DNA of 64,000 nt from an uncultured bacterium (GCA_963768165.1 CAVYHJ010000002.1:128676-192675); one strand, 5' to 3'. Counted from the stretch's first letter, positions 38,474-50,466 are shown. The notes: generated from the letters alone by a model not told the origin. A program made the numbers and translations.

Positions 38474-38660
38474 TTTGTACTGGTGATCCCCGCATCATCC
38501 CCACGGTTTTTAGAGATTCTCAGGTAAGAAGAATGGGTAGAAATAAATAATTTGTCCCACTGCCATTTAATTGGTTGAGTTGACGGATAGTTTGGATTTC
38601 TGGTAATATATTTATCTTTGCCCTTTTCAAAGAAAATACATTTCAAGGAGAAAAATACGC

Positions 38661-39818
38661 ATGGCTAAAAATTTTTTATTTACCTCGGAATCTGTCACGG
38701 AAGGCCATCCTGATAAGGTTTGTGACAATATTTCCGATGGGATACTTGATGCTCTGTTTGCGCAAGACCCGAACAGCCGCGTCGCGGTAGAAACCCTCGT
38801 AACCACCGGACAAGTGGTTGTCGCAGGAGAAGTTACCACCAAAGCGTTTGTGAATATCCCTAATATTGTGAGAAATATCATCAAGGAAATCGGATATGAT
38901 GATTCATCCACTGGGTTTGATTACCATAGTTGCGGAGTTCTCAACGCGATTCATGAACAATCGCCCGATATCGCTATGGGTACTAATGATAAAGTCGGTG
39001 GTGCCGGTGACCAGGGCATGATGTTCGGATACGCTTGCAAAGAAACGCCCGAATTAATGCCTGCGCCTATTTCTTTTGCTCATAAATTATCCAAACGTCT
39101 TACCGAAGTCCGCAAAAAAGGAATTCTCAAATATCTCCGGCCTGATGGAAAAACTCAGGTCACCATAGAATATCAAAATGGTAAAATGAAACGGGTTCAT
39201 ACCGTTGTCATCGCCGCCCAGCATGACCCGCATGTCAAAATGAGCAAGCTTCAGGAAGATATTAAAAAGCATGTCATTCAAAAAGTAATCCCCGCCCGTC
39301 TACTAGATAAAAAAACCATCTATCACATCAACGCCACCGGACGGTTTGAAGTCGGTGGTCCCCACGGAGACACCGGATTAACCGGACGCAAGATCATCGT
39401 GGATACTTACGGCGGTTGGGCGTCTCATGGCGGTGGCTGCTTCTCCGGAAAAGACCCGACGAAGGTTGACCGCTCTGGAGCTTATGCCGCACGCTATGTT
39501 GCCAAGAATTTAGTGGCTGCGGATATTGCCGACGAAGTGGCTATTGAACTTGCCTATTGTATCGGAGTACCGGAACCCGTCTCTATTGAAGTGGATACCA
39601 GAGGCACAGGTATTATTTCAGATGAAGAAATCGTCAAACTTATTGAACAGCATTTCGATTTGACCCCCAGAGGAATCATCACGACTCTCAAATTGCGCCG
39701 CCCGATTTATCGTAAGACCGCCGCCTATGGCCATTTCGGTCGCCATGAAGAAGAATTTACCTGGGAAAGAACAGATAAAGCCGCCGCTTTGAAAAAAGCT
39801 GCCGCGAATTTGATATAG
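38661..39818 (+). CDS. metK: S-adenosylmethionine synthetase.
   Basis: Canonical MetK motifs ([19 protein letters not shown], the GGGAFSGKD-like loop). Confidence 0.95.
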   Translation: MAKNFLFTSESVTEGHPDKVCDNISDGILDALFAQDPNSRVAVETLVTTGQVVVAGEVTTKAFVNIPNIVRNIIKEIGYDDSSTGFDYHSCGVLNAIHEQSPDIAMGTNDKVGGAGDQGMMFGYACKETPELMPAPISFAHKLSKRLTEVRKKGILKYLRPDGKTQVTIEYQNGKMKRVHTVVIAAQHDPHVKMSKLQEDIKKHVIQKVIPARLLDKKTIYHINATGRFEVGGPHGDTGLTGRKIIVDTYGGWASHGGGCFSGKDPTKVDRSGAYAARYVAKNLVAADIADEVAIELAYCIGVPEPVSIEVDTRGTGIISDEEIVKLIEQHFDLTPRGIITTLKLRRPIYRKTAAYGHFGRHEEEFTWERTDKAAALKKAAANLI

Positions 39819-39843
39819 CAAATTGATGAAAACACAATTCTTT

Positions 39844-41151
<1,308 letters not shown>

Positions 41152-41254
41152 ACCACCTAAATTCAAAACATATTCAGAAGCTAAAAAGCTTTGTACGAAT
41201 GTACAAAGCTTTTTTATTTAACTGATTTTATTGAAACTGAAACAAATTAAGGTA

Positions 41255-41800
41255 TTAGGGGCCAAAACGGATAATGTCGCCGCCACTAAGCGTTCCGTTG
41301 GTCGGGTCATAGAGAATAGTTGCTTCATTATCAGTTAAATCGGGCCCGTAACTCCAAATGACCCATTGTGCTGTTGGCTGGGGAATACCGAGAGTTGTCG
41401 TTCTATCATATACCTCACCTGGAGAAAAATCTTCGGTAAAATAATAATATGGCAGTAAAGGATTGGGGCTCGGATTATTGATTCGTGATTGAGAAAAAAT
41501 ATCGAATGGAAGAGATGAGAGATAAGCGACCGGGGTGGTCAAATAGATGGGAGTAAAATGTTCATATTCCACAGTCGCGTCAAAAGGATTATTATAAGTG
41601 GGATAGGTGTTGTTGTCGGTTTTGTAACTTTCCAAAGCCAGGGCAATGGTTTGCATTTCCGCCTGGACTCTAGCCACCTTTGAGCGGATTTGCGCGTTGC
41701 GAAAATTGGGTAACGCAATCGCGGAGATTATGGCAATAATCGCTACCACAATCAATAATTCGATTAATGTGAAAGCTCGTTCGTTAAATAGCCGGTGCAT
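41255..41800 (-). CDS. Prepilin-type N-terminal cleavage/methylation domain protein (type II secretion pseudopilin / type IV pilin-like).
   Basis: The N-terminal motif RAFTLIELLIVVAIIAIISAIALPNF is the classic class III signal plus N-methylation helix. Confidence 0.8.
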   Translation of the reverse strand: MHRLFNERAFTLIELLIVVAIIAIISAIALPNFRNAQIRSKVARVQAEMQTIALALESYKTDNNTYPTYNNPFDATVEYEHFTPIYLTTPVAYLSSLPFDIFSQSRINNPSPNPLLPYYYFTEDFSPGEVYDRTTTLGIPQPTAQWVIWSYGPDLTDNEATILYDPTNGTLSGGDIIRFGP

Positions 41801-42011
41801 AGTTGGGGTTCAAATCCACTTTGTTTAAATAAAATTTTAGCATAAATGAACCCAAGTTATATATTCAGCCGTATACCTCCGCCTTCATAACGGCATCAAA
41901 AGAGAATCAGTGAGGGGATTTTTTTACTTCTTGGGATAGGGTGGATTTCTATCAATGGAATTCTTGCGCAATTGTACAAGAATTATTGCCTCATTGATTT
42001 TATTGAGGATA

Positions 42012-42037
42012 AAACTTTCCACGGTAGCGGAAAGTTT
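42012..42037. promoter_or_regulatory. 26-bp operator-like palindrome AAACTTTCCACGGTAGCGGAAAGTTT upstream of the prepilin gene.
   Basis: Same arms and same length as the perfect palindrome at 24513-24538. Confidence 0.45.
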
Positions 42038-42146
42038 CCCCAATATTGGTTCGTTTGATGAAAAAGGGATGGGATTTAAGATTTAGAAGAGAATTAATTC
42101 GTTGGAAGGCGTCGGGAAATCCATTTCATTCCATTCCCGATGTATC

Positions 42147-42776
42147 TTAAGGTATCCCGCCTGTTTTTTGAAGAGGATCAGCGCCGTATTTATTTTCACC
42201 GTTTGTTCCTGGAAGAAACCCCATCTCAATCAGATACCAGAGATTCAGGATTGGAACAATACCTACCAATATGAACCATCCACTTCGCCCTCTATCGTGG
42301 CATCGCTTCGCTAAGACGGCGAGCGATACCCAAATGAATAACCCAGAAATTAGGGTATATAAAATATAATAATATATAATCATAAGATACCTGTAATGGG
42401 TCCCCACTATGTAGTATACCATGACCCCTAGGTAGTAAAAAATATGGAAGCTACTTCGAAAAGAGAAGTCAAATAAGACAAGTAGAGTAAATACAATGGA
42501 GTATATATAATAAAGCCAAAAAGTTGTGCGTGAAATCCTGCCACGAAATGAAAAAGCAATTTGCTTAAGCGTTAAAGATGTGGTTATACGTACCTTTGAA
42601 TGTCCCATTTTTGCCAAAAAGAAACCACAAACTCCGGAGACGACGGCAAACCAAAATATATGGAAACTGAAAGGGTCTTCTTTAATGGCCACTCCGAATC
42701 CTTCGATAGAAAACAACATAATAAGTAAACCAATAACGAGTAATATCCATCCGATTACTTTATCAAATTTTTGCAT
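42147..42776 (-). CDS. DUF805 family inner-membrane protein.
   Basis: FRGRISRTTFW and C-terminal HDRGRSGWFIL...NKYGADP motifs typical of DUF805 (YhaH-like), with an extra N-terminal TM hairpin. Confidence 0.5.
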   Translation of the reverse strand: MQKFDKVIGWILLVIGLLIMLFSIEGFGVAIKEDPFSFHIFWFAVVSGVCGFFLAKMGHSKVRITTSLTLKQIAFSFRGRISRTTFWLYYIYSIVFTLLVLFDFSFRSSFHIFYYLGVMVYYIVGTHYRYLMIIYYYILYTLISGLFIWVSLAVLAKRCHDRGRSGWFILVGIVPILNLWYLIEMGFLPGTNGENKYGADPLQKTGGIP

Positions 42777-42975
42777 AGCAACATTCTTTATTTAAAATTG
42801 AAATCCTTACGTCTTTTGAATTAAGAATATTAGGTTCATAATTCACCTGTTTTTAAAAGCGTTTATTTTATCCCTCCTCTTCCCCCATGTCAATAGCCAC
42901 ATTTACTTGGTAAAATATTAATACTATCAAATAATAGGTTATTATAGAATATTTTCTATTAAAAACCGGTGGGGT

Positions 42976-43047
42976 ATCGGACGTGTTATTTTCACGTCCG
43001 ATTTTTCTGCGTCGGGAATGAAGTGTTTTTTAAGGATTTCCCGACGC
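42976..43047. repeat. Two adjacent hairpins: CGGACGTG-N7-CACGTCCG, followed by hairpin family B copy 2 (GCGTCGGGAA-N19-TTCCCGACGC).
   Basis: Read directly. They lie immediately 3' of the aminotransferase gene stop (minus strand). Confidence 0.6.
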
Positions 43048-43076
43048 TCTCATTACTTCTCATCCTGAATGAAGAA

Positions 43077-44399
43077 TTACCCTTTACTTACAATACCGAA
43101 AACCTCATCCAAGGTTTTGGAAATGAATTTAACATCGTCATCGGTAATGCAGAGCGGGGGTTTGATGCGGATGGTATTTCCTGCCATACCGCCTTTGCCG
43201 ACGAGGAGACCGCGGTCTTTGCAGAGTTCCATAATCTTGAGAGTTTCCTGGGGAGCGACTTCTTTGGAATCTTTGTCTTTGACGATTTCTATACCGAGCA
43301 TGAGCCCTTTTCCCCGGACATCGCCAACGATTTTATGTTTAGCTTTTAATTCGTTGAAGGATGCAATCAATTTATCGCCTTGCACTTTCGCGTTGTGGGC
43401 GTAGTCATATTTTTCAATCGTGTCCAGAACCGCGAGACCGCCTGCCATGGAGACAGGGTTTCCGCCGTAGGTATTGAAATGGACTTTCCCGCGCATGGAT
43501 TCAGCAATTTCTTTGGTGCAGGTGACACCGCCGAGAGGGATGCCATTGCCCATGCCTTTTGCCATAGTAATCATGTCAGGTTTGACGCCCGCTTGCTCGA
43601 TTCCCCAGAATTTATCACCCGTGCGCCCGAATCCTGTTTGCACTTCATCGGAAATAAAGAGACCGCCATAGCGTTTGACGATATCGTAAGCGACTTCAAA
43701 GTATTCCTTAGGTGGGTCAATGACTCCGCCGAATCCCTGGATAGGTTCGGCGATAAATGCAGCGATTTTACCAGAAGTACCGTATTTAATAATGTCTTCA
43801 ATCTCACGGGCACAGGCAATGTTACAACTGGGGTATTTCAATCCGAGAGGACAACGGTAACAGTACCCTGCGGGAGCGTGAAGAACTCCGAAAACATAAG
43901 GGAGCGAATGACGCCAGAGGGATTGACCGGTCATGCTCATTGCCATCAAGGTTCGACCGTGAAAAGAATGGCGCACGGCAATAAATTCCATATTTTTTGT
44001 ATAATTCTTGGCAAGCAATGCCGCGAGTTCATTGGCTTCCCCGCCGCTGTTGGTGAAGAAAGAAACTTTCAAACCTTCCGGCATGACCTGCGCGAGTTTC
44101 TCGGCATATTTGACGATGTTGGGATGGTAGTAGAGTGTGGTCATGTGCTGTAACTTCTTCATTTGTTCAATGACCGGGGAAGTCACATCGGGATGGCAAT
44201 GCCCGACACTGATGGTCACGACGGCAGAAAATCCGTCAAGATATTTTTTGCCTTTATCATCGAAGACATATTGCATTTCACCGCGAACGATGTTGGGCGT
44301 GCCTTGGAAATAGCGCATGGTACTGGGGAGTAAATATTCTTCCCGCATTTGAGCAATTTGTTCTGCCGTTAATTCCGGTTCGGTCATGGTCGTTGCCAT
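43077..44399 (-). CDS. Class-III (omega) pyridoxal-phosphate aminotransferase.
   Basis: Aspartate aminotransferase fold-type I class III signature, including the PLP-lysine region. It shares an unusual YCYRCPLGL...C..C motif with its paralog. Confidence 0.85.
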   Translation of the reverse strand: MATTMTEPELTAEQIAQMREEYLLPSTMRYFQGTPNIVRGEMQYVFDDKGKKYLDGFSAVVTISVGHCHPDVTSPVIEQMKKLQHMTTLYYHPNIVKYAEKLAQVMPEGLKVSFFTNSGGEANELAALLAKNYTKNMEFIAVRHSFHGRTLMAMSMTGQSLWRHSLPYVFGVLHAPAGYCYRCPLGLKYPSCNIACAREIEDIIKYGTSGKIAAFIAEPIQGFGGVIDPPKEYFEVAYDIVKRYGGLFISDEVQTGFGRTGDKFWGIEQAGVKPDMITMAKGMGNGIPLGGVTCTKEIAESMRGKVHFNTYGGNPVSMAGGLAVLDTIEKYDYAHNAKVQGDKLIASFNELKAKHKIVGDVRGKGLMLGIEIVKDKDSKEVAPQETLKIMELCKDRGLLVGKGGMAGNTIRIKPPLCITDDDVKFISKTLDEVFGIVSKG

Positions 44400-44420
44400 A
44401 AGATGTACTCCTTTGAATTT

Positions 44421-44520
44421 ACTTTGCGGGCTTTGCGTATTTATTCTTTGCGGACTTTGCGAGAGAGTTTTTAAACCTTTTCACGCAGAGAACGCAAAGG
44501 AGACGCTAAGAGCGCAAAGA
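44421..44520. repeat. Array of four direct CTTTGCG heptamers followed by two or three inverted CGCAAAG copies, between the two aminotransferase paralogs.
   Basis: Read directly. On the mRNA strand the inverted copies can pair with the direct copies. The array ends at the RBS/start of the downstream aminotransferase. Confidence 0.7.
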
Positions 44521-44522
44521 TT

Positions 44523-45836
44523 TTATTTTGTAAGACCTTTCAGCACATTTTTAAATATTTGAAGCATATTATCCATTTCAGATTTGGAAATCACCAATGG
44601 CGGTTGGAGGCGCAATACGTTTCCATAGACGCCGCCAACTCCGATTAAGACTCCCGCATCACGCAATTTATTTTGGATATCTCCTGCTTCCGCTGTCGCA
44701 GGTGCTTTGGTTTTTCTATCCTTAACAAATTCTACGCCAATCATCAGACCTTTTCCACGGACATCACCGATGATTTTGAATTCGTCCTGCAATCCACGCA
44801 ATTCACCCATGAAATATTCACCTTTTTCCGCAGAGGTTTTAACCAGTTTATTTTTCTCAAAATAGGCGATATTGGCTAATGCCGCCGCGCAACTCACAGG
44901 ATTTCCACCGAAAGTTGAAAGATGATCACCGGGAGTAAAACTATTGGCGACATCTTCCCGTGCAATGAACGCGCTGAGAGGAAACCCATCAGCAATTCCT
45001 TTGGCAGAGGTAAGAATTTCCGGTTCAACATCATAATGTTCAATCGCCCAGAATTTACCGGAGCGGCCAAACCCGCTTTGCACTTCGTCACAGATAAAAA
45101 TAATTCCGTGTTTACGAACGATTTCGAGCACGACTTTGAAATAGTCTTTCGGTGGAACAATGATGCCGCCTTCTCCAAGAATCGGTTCCGCGATAAACGC
45201 CGCTACATCATTCCATGTATGCAATTGCAAAATACGTTCAACATCTTTCCCACATTCAATATTACAGGATTCAGGTTTCAGTCCAAGGGGGCAACGATAA
45301 CAATAGGGTGTAGGTGCAAAATAACATCCAGAAAGATAAGGACCGCCACCTTTTTTGCGACCGGCATTTCCGGTCACGGAAAGAGTAGCATTGGTACGTC
45401 CGTGAAAAGAAGCTTCGAGAGCGAGAAATCCTGTCTTTTTGGTAAACTGGCGCGCCAACCGCATGGCCCCTTCATTGGCTTCGGCACCGCCGTTTCCAAA
45501 AAAGGATTTCTGTAATTTACCGGGAGTAATCTCTGCAAATTTTTCTGCCAAGTCCGCCATCACCGGATTATGATAGACATAGGAACAACAATGAACCCAT
45601 TGGTCCATTTGTTCTTTGGCGGCTTTAATCACATCAGGATTGCAATGACCCGCGTTGACGACAGAAATCCCGGCGAAACAATCAATATATTCTTTTCCGT
45701 TAACATCTTTGACCGTTGACCCTTGAGCAGATTCCATCACGACGGGTTGTACGGCTTTCACCATGCTGGTAATGACATATTTTTTATATTGTTCTTGAAC
45801 TTGTTCTGCAGTTTTTTTCTTCATAATCTCCCTCAA
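44523..45836 (-). CDS. Class-III pyridoxal-phosphate aminotransferase (paralog).
   Basis: Same family motifs, including YCYRCPLGLKPESCNIEC. Confidence 0.85.
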   Translation of the reverse strand: MREIMKKKTAEQVQEQYKKYVITSMVKAVQPVVMESAQGSTVKDVNGKEYIDCFAGISVVNAGHCNPDVIKAAKEQMDQWVHCCSYVYHNPVMADLAEKFAEITPGKLQKSFFGNGGAEANEGAMRLARQFTKKTGFLALEASFHGRTNATLSVTGNAGRKKGGGPYLSGCYFAPTPYCYRCPLGLKPESCNIECGKDVERILQLHTWNDVAAFIAEPILGEGGIIVPPKDYFKVVLEIVRKHGIIFICDEVQSGFGRSGKFWAIEHYDVEPEILTSAKGIADGFPLSAFIAREDVANSFTPGDHLSTFGGNPVSCAAALANIAYFEKNKLVKTSAEKGEYFMGELRGLQDEFKIIGDVRGKGLMIGVEFVKDRKTKAPATAEAGDIQNKLRDAGVLIGVGGVYGNVLRLQPPLVISKSEMDNMLQIFKNVLKGLTK

Positions 45837-45837
45837 T

Positions 45838-47352
45838 CTATCTTTGACGATTGATATTTTTAACTCGATTAATTTGATGGATGGTCATTAAAAACCAATA
45901 CACGATAAATGAAATGGCCAATCCATTAAACCAGGCATAATTATACAATGTTTTCCAAAAATCACCGACTAGGAAGGTCCCTGTAGTCGCGGCATTTAAG
46001 AATCCAGGGACGTTAGGTATAATGCCTATTAATAAAGCAATTAAAGCGGTCAAGTTAAACCCGCCAAAATACTGATAACTTCCATCTTCTTTATAAAGGT
46101 CTACGACATTCAATTTCATTTTACGAATAATGAAATAGTCGCAAATCATGACTCCGGCGATGGGACCCAATAGACCGGAATAGCCGATTAACCAAACACC
46201 GATATAGGTGCTGGAGGTGTAAAGTTTCCAGGGCATAATTAAAATACCAATAATCCCAGCAATCGTCCCGCCCGTTTTAAAACTAATCAATCGCGGTGCA
46301 AGATTAGAAAGGTCATTGGCGGGGGAAACAATATTGGCGGCGATATTGGTTGTGATAGTGGCGATAATCAATGAAAACAACGATAACAAAACAATAAAGG
46401 GAGAACTAAATTTACCTAATAATACTACAGGGTCCCAGATAGCGGTTCCAAATATAATTACCGTTGCGGAAGTGACCGCCACGCCAATAAAAGCGTATAA
46501 GGTCATGGTCGTAGGAAGACCTATCGCCTGCCCCCACATTTGATCTTTCTGGCTTTTTGCGAAACGTGTGAAGTCGGGGATATTCAAGGAAAGTGTCGCC
46601 CAATATCCCACCATACCGGTTAACGCAGGAACAAAGAATTTCCAAAACTCTCCCATAGTCTGAAATTTACTGGGCTGGCTTAAGATAGGACCAAACCCAT
46701 GAGCCTTTTCCCTTGCCCAAAACAAAAGGACTAGTCCTACCACAATTAAAAAAGGCGCCGCCCAGGTTTCCAACCAACGAATAGACTCGGTACCAATCCA
46801 TATAAATATCATATTGATGAACCAGAATACGATAAACGCAACAAACTGCCCACAAGTAATTCCTAGAATATTATGGAAACCATCCAACAAGGTAATCAGT
46901 CCGGGGGTAAGAATTCGCTGCATTTGATAAATAGCTTCTCCGCCTACCCAGGTTTGAATCCCAAACCAACCGCAAGCGACAATCGCCCGCATCATAGCTG
47001 GGATATTAGAACCCAAAGTTCCGAAAGAAGCACGAATAAGAACCGGAAAAGGTATCCCATATTTCGTACCCGCGTGTGCATTCAAAATCATAGGAATAAG
47101 TACAATCGCATTTCCCAAAAGGATGGTGAGGATGGCTTCCCACCAATTCATCCCGCCCGTAATCAAACTACTGGCGAGAGTATAGGTAGTGATACACACC
47201 GACATCCCGACCCACAGAGCGGCGATGTTCCACATATTCCACGTTCGCTGGTTAACTTTGGTCGGGGCAATATCTTTATTCCATATTCTACTTTCGGATA
47301 AATCGCCTTCGATTTCATGCAATCCATTAATTTCTCTAACCGTCGCCTCCAT
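45838..47352 (-). CDS. NCS1 family permease (nucleobase/hydantoin/allantoin:cation symporter-1).
   Basis: 12-TM protein with an NCS1 N-terminal signature (WNMWNIAALWVGMSVCI...GGMNWWEA). Confidence 0.8.
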   Translation of the reverse strand: MEATVREINGLHEIEGDLSESRIWNKDIAPTKVNQRTWNMWNIAALWVGMSVCITTYTLASSLITGGMNWWEAILTILLGNAIVLIPMILNAHAGTKYGIPFPVLIRASFGTLGSNIPAMMRAIVACGWFGIQTWVGGEAIYQMQRILTPGLITLLDGFHNILGITCGQFVAFIVFWFINMIFIWIGTESIRWLETWAAPFLIVVGLVLLFWAREKAHGFGPILSQPSKFQTMGEFWKFFVPALTGMVGYWATLSLNIPDFTRFAKSQKDQMWGQAIGLPTTMTLYAFIGVAVTSATVIIFGTAIWDPVVLLGKFSSPFIVLLSLFSLIIATITTNIAANIVSPANDLSNLAPRLISFKTGGTIAGIIGILIMPWKLYTSSTYIGVWLIGYSGLLGPIAGVMICDYFIIRKMKLNVVDLYKEDGSYQYFGGFNLTALIALLIGIIPNVPGFLNAATTGTFLVGDFWKTLYNYAWFNGLAISFIVYWFLMTIHQINRVKNINRQR

Positions 47353-47373
47353 ACAGCTCCTTTTTTATTAGGA

Positions 47374-48243
47374 TTATAAAGCGACCAATGCATCGTAGGT
47401 TTCAGGACGCCGGTCACGAAAGAATTGCCAGACATTGCGAACTTCGTTAATCATATCGAAATCAATATCACCGACAACGACTTCGTCTTTATCCCTGCTG
47501 CCTTCCGCAATGATTTTTCCACGAGGGTTGCAGAAATAGGATTGTCCGTAGAATTCACCAATCTTCCAAGGCTTTTCCCAACCGACACGATTGATGGCGC
47601 CGATGAAATAGGTATTGGCAACGGCATGTGCCGGTTGTTCTAATTTCCAGAGATATTCGGAAAGTCCGGCTACAGTGGCGGAAGGATTAAACACAATTTC
47701 CGCGCCATTTAATCCTAAGGCTCTCGCACCCTCCGGGAAATGCCGGTCATAACAAATGTAAATCCCGACTTTGGCGAATTTGGTTTGAAACACAGGATAA
47801 CCCAAATTGCCCGGTTTGAAATAGAACTTTTCCCAGAACCCCGGATTGCAGTGGGGAATATGGCTCTTACGATATTTGCCAAGGTATTTTCCATCGGCAT
47901 CAATAATCGCCGCGGTATTATAAAGCACTCCTGCCATTTCCTGTTCATAAATCGGGATAATCAAAACCATTCCATATTTCTTGGCAATTTTTTGCATAAG
48001 GTGAATGGTTGGGCCGTCTGGAATTTGTTCTGCCGATTCATACCATTTGGTTTGTTGTTCCGCGCAGAAATAGGGACCATAAAATATTTCCTGCAGACAG
48101 ACCATTTTACATTTTTGTTTGGCGGCGTGTTCGATAAGTTTGAGGTGCTTATCAATCATCGCCTTTTTTATTTTTGCGACAGATTTTCCAGTGTCCTCCA
48201 CATTGGATGCCTGAATTAATCCGCATCGGACTATACGTGCCAT
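47374..48243 (-). CDS. Carbon-nitrogen hydrolase family amidase (beta-ureidopropionase / N-carbamoylputrescine amidase-like).
   Basis: Nitrilase-superfamily catalytic E-K-C context (LQEIF, YRKSHIP, IGIYICYDRHFPE). It is highly similar by motif to AguB-type and beta-alanine synthase enzymes. Confidence 0.8.
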   Translation of the reverse strand: MARIVRCGLIQASNVEDTGKSVAKIKKAMIDKHLKLIEHAAKQKCKMVCLQEIFYGPYFCAEQQTKWYESAEQIPDGPTIHLMQKIAKKYGMVLIIPIYEQEMAGVLYNTAAIIDADGKYLGKYRKSHIPHCNPGFWEKFYFKPGNLGYPVFQTKFAKVGIYICYDRHFPEGARALGLNGAEIVFNPSATVAGLSEYLWKLEQPAHAVANTYFIGAINRVGWEKPWKIGEFYGQSYFCNPRGKIIAEGSRDKDEVVVGDIDFDMINEVRNVWQFFRDRRPETYDALVAL

Positions 48244-48259
48244 AAAATCCTCCTAAATT

Positions 48260-48952
48260 TTATAGATTATGTCCCGGTCTTACAATAGATGCTGGTGCCG
48301 GATCACCATCGAAGATAATATATCCTTGTTTTCTTAATTTTTCTAATACACTTACAATTTTTTTAAATGAAAACCCCTTTCGAAGTAAACTGTCAACTAT
48401 CGAATCCATTTTTATATTTTCATCTTCTCCATGCCGAAAAATAAATTTGATCCTTGACATTGCGGCCCTCTCAATTACTTCATCTTCTGCCTCTATACTA
48501 ACGGCACTAGACTGACGTACTATTTGATCTAAAAATTTAGACGCTTGTTTTTGAACTTCATTTACATTTGCATCAGTTTTATCAATTCTTGTTAATAACT
48601 GTCCTAATTGTTGTGCGAATTGATTTTTTAAATGCTCCATTTTCTCCTCAGTACGTATTTCTACTTCGTCTTGTATGGAATCTTCACTAGGCTTCTCTTC
48701 TGTCCAAAGATGTTTTCTCATATCTGTCACTGTATCTTTCATCATCGTAAATGTATCTGTATATAATTTGTCAAATAGTTTTTCTAGTTTTTCCACACTA
48801 TTGCTAATCCTATCAGATGATTGTTTGATTTCCAGAGATGTCTTATCAGTCATCCGATAAAACACTATTGATAACCAGATTGCTCCAATACCAACAACCA
48901 ATGAAACAATCGAAGCAATCAATGAAACTAATTGTAAATTATCAAATTGCAT
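48260..48952 (-). CDS. Hypothetical protein with an N-terminal TM helix, a central coiled coil and a C-terminal winged-helix-like segment. It is an AT-rich insertion.
   Basis: ORF at about 33% GC, versus about 48% in the flanking genes. It is wedged between the hydrolase and the ALDH of an otherwise coherent catabolic array. Confidence 0.45.
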   Translation of the reverse strand: MQFDNLQLVSLIASIVSLVVGIGAIWLSIVFYRMTDKTSLEIKQSSDRISNSVEKLEKLFDKLYTDTFTMMKDTVTDMRKHLWTEEKPSEDSIQDEVEIRTEEKMEHLKNQFAQQLGQLLTRIDKTDANVNEVQKQASKFLDQIVRQSSAVSIEAEDEVIERAAMSRIKFIFRHGEDENIKMDSIVDSLLRKGFSFKKIVSVLEKLRKQGYIIFDGDPAPASIVRPGHNL

Positions 48953-48954
48953 AC

Positions 48955-50466
48955 TTAATAAATATTTGATTCTCTCTTTTTTCCAGAATATTCATAGAAT
49001 ACGGTTTTGAGTTCGGTAAAGAAATTAATACCTTCATCCGCCATTTCGCGGTTGCCGACACCCGTTTCTTTGATTCCACCAAAAGGAACCTGCGCTTCTC
49101 CGCCGATGGTCGCGGAATTAATGTGGGTCATGCCGGCTTCAATGCCATCAATAAAGCGCATGATATGGCTGGGGTTATTGCAGTAAATTGCAGAGGATAA
49201 TCCAAAGGTTACGGCATTGGCGGTCTCCAAGGCTTCCTCGAAATCTTTTACACGAATTATCGATAATACCGGCCCGAATACTTCTTCTTTAAATATTCTC
49301 ATTTTGGTTGTCACATGATCAAATACGGTCGGTGCCACAAAAAATCCTTTATCGTATTTGGCACCAGTCAAACGTTCCCCGCCAATTAGTTGTTTCGCGC
49401 CATCTTTTTTGGCAATATCAATGTATGCCAAATCGGTTTTCATTTGTTGTTCATCTACCGCCGGACCCATGAAGATGCCTTCTTCATCTCCCGGGCCGGT
49501 TTTAATTTTCTTAACACGGGCTAATAACATTTCCAGGAATTTATCGGCGATGGGTTTATGTAGAATCAATCTCGATGTGGCAGTACATCTCTGACCTGTT
49601 GAGCCGAACGCGCCCAAGATAACACCTTCCAAGGCGAGTTCTAAATCCGCGTCTTCCATGATGACCAAAGGATTTTTCCCGCCCATTTCACAGGTAACTT
49701 TTGCCAAATGTTTCATGGCTTGATGCGCGACTTGCGCTCCGGTCTCGCAGGAACCCGTGAAAGATACGGCTTTAATTCTTTTGTCATTGACGAAAACATC
49801 CCCGACATTCCCGCCGGAACCGATAACTAAATTCAGCACACCTTTGGGCAATCCCGCTTGTTCCAGGATTTCCACAAACTTAACCGCCATCAAGGGAGTG
49901 AGACTGGCAGGTTTGAAAACCACTGTATTGCCCGCGACCAATGCTGGTGCAATTTTCCAGCATGGAATTGAAAAGGGGAAATTCCACGGCGTGATAATAG
50001 AGACGACTCCCAAAGGTTGACGAAGAGTATATAGAAATGAATTGGTCATTTCCGAAGGAGCAGTAAAACCCTGTAACCGGAATCCCGAACCGGAATAATA
50101 CTCAATTAAATTAATCCCTTTTTGTACTTCACCGCGCGCTTCGGCTAATGTCTTTCCTTCCTCTCGTGTCATTACCCGCGCCAACTCTTCTTTTTTGTCA
50201 TACATTATTTGGGCGACTTTGGCGAAGATTCTGCCACGCGCAGGGGGAGGAGTATTGCGCCACATTGGAAACGTCTTTTCCGCGACTTCAATCGCCGAGA
50301 GCGCTTCTTCTCTTGTGGAGGACGGAAAATATCCAATCACATCGTCAGTATTGGCAGGGTTAATATCGTGGATATATTTCCCCGATGAGGAATCCACCCA
50401 TTCCCCATTGATATAATTTTTATACGTAGGTATGTTATTGGAATGAGGTTTATGTGCTGTTGCCAT
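48955..50466 (-). CDS. NAD(P)-dependent aldehyde dehydrogenase (semialdehyde dehydrogenase-like).
   Basis: ALDH family glutamate and cysteine active-site regions (ELGGKNP...GQRCTA). Confidence 0.85.
   Translation of the reverse strand: MATAHKPHSNNIPTYKNYINGEWVDSSSGKYIHDINPANTDDVIGYFPSSTREEALSAIEVAEKTFPMWRNTPPPARGRIFAKVAQIMYDKKEELARVMTREEGKTLAEARGEVQKGINLIEYYSGSGFRLQGFTAPSEMTNSFLYTLRQPLGVVSIITPWNFPFSIPCWKIAPALVAGNTVVFKPASLTPLMAVKFVEILEQAGLPKGVLNLVIGSGGNVGDVFVNDKRIKAVSFTGSCETGAQVAHQAMKHLAKVTCEMGGKNPLVIMEDADLELALEGVILGAFGSTGQRCTATSRLILHKPIADKFLEMLLARVKKIKTGPGDEEGIFMGPAVDEQQMKTDLAYIDIAKKDGAKQLIGGERLTGAKYDKGFFVAPTVFDHVTTKMRIFKEEVFGPVLSIIRVKDFEEALETANAVTFGLSSAIYCNNPSHIMRFIDGIEAGMTHINSATIGGEAQVPFGGIKETGVGNREMADEGINFFTELKTVFYEYSGKKRESNIY

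Noticed and set aside
41804-41822. tRNA-like T-arm sequence GGGGTTCAAATCCAC just upstream of the prepilin start codon.
   Set aside because: The flanking 5-nt segments (TGGGG / CCACT) cannot form a T-stem. No acceptor, D or anticodon arms can be assembled. It overlaps the RBS region of the prepilin gene, so it is treated as coincidence.
42526-42795. 89-aa plus-strand ORF downstream of which sits a hairpin plus T-run (42976-43005), suggesting a small expressed gene.
   Set aside because: The ORF is antisense to the DUF805 gene. The hairpin is better explained as part of the repeat family B cluster 3' of the aminotransferase gene.
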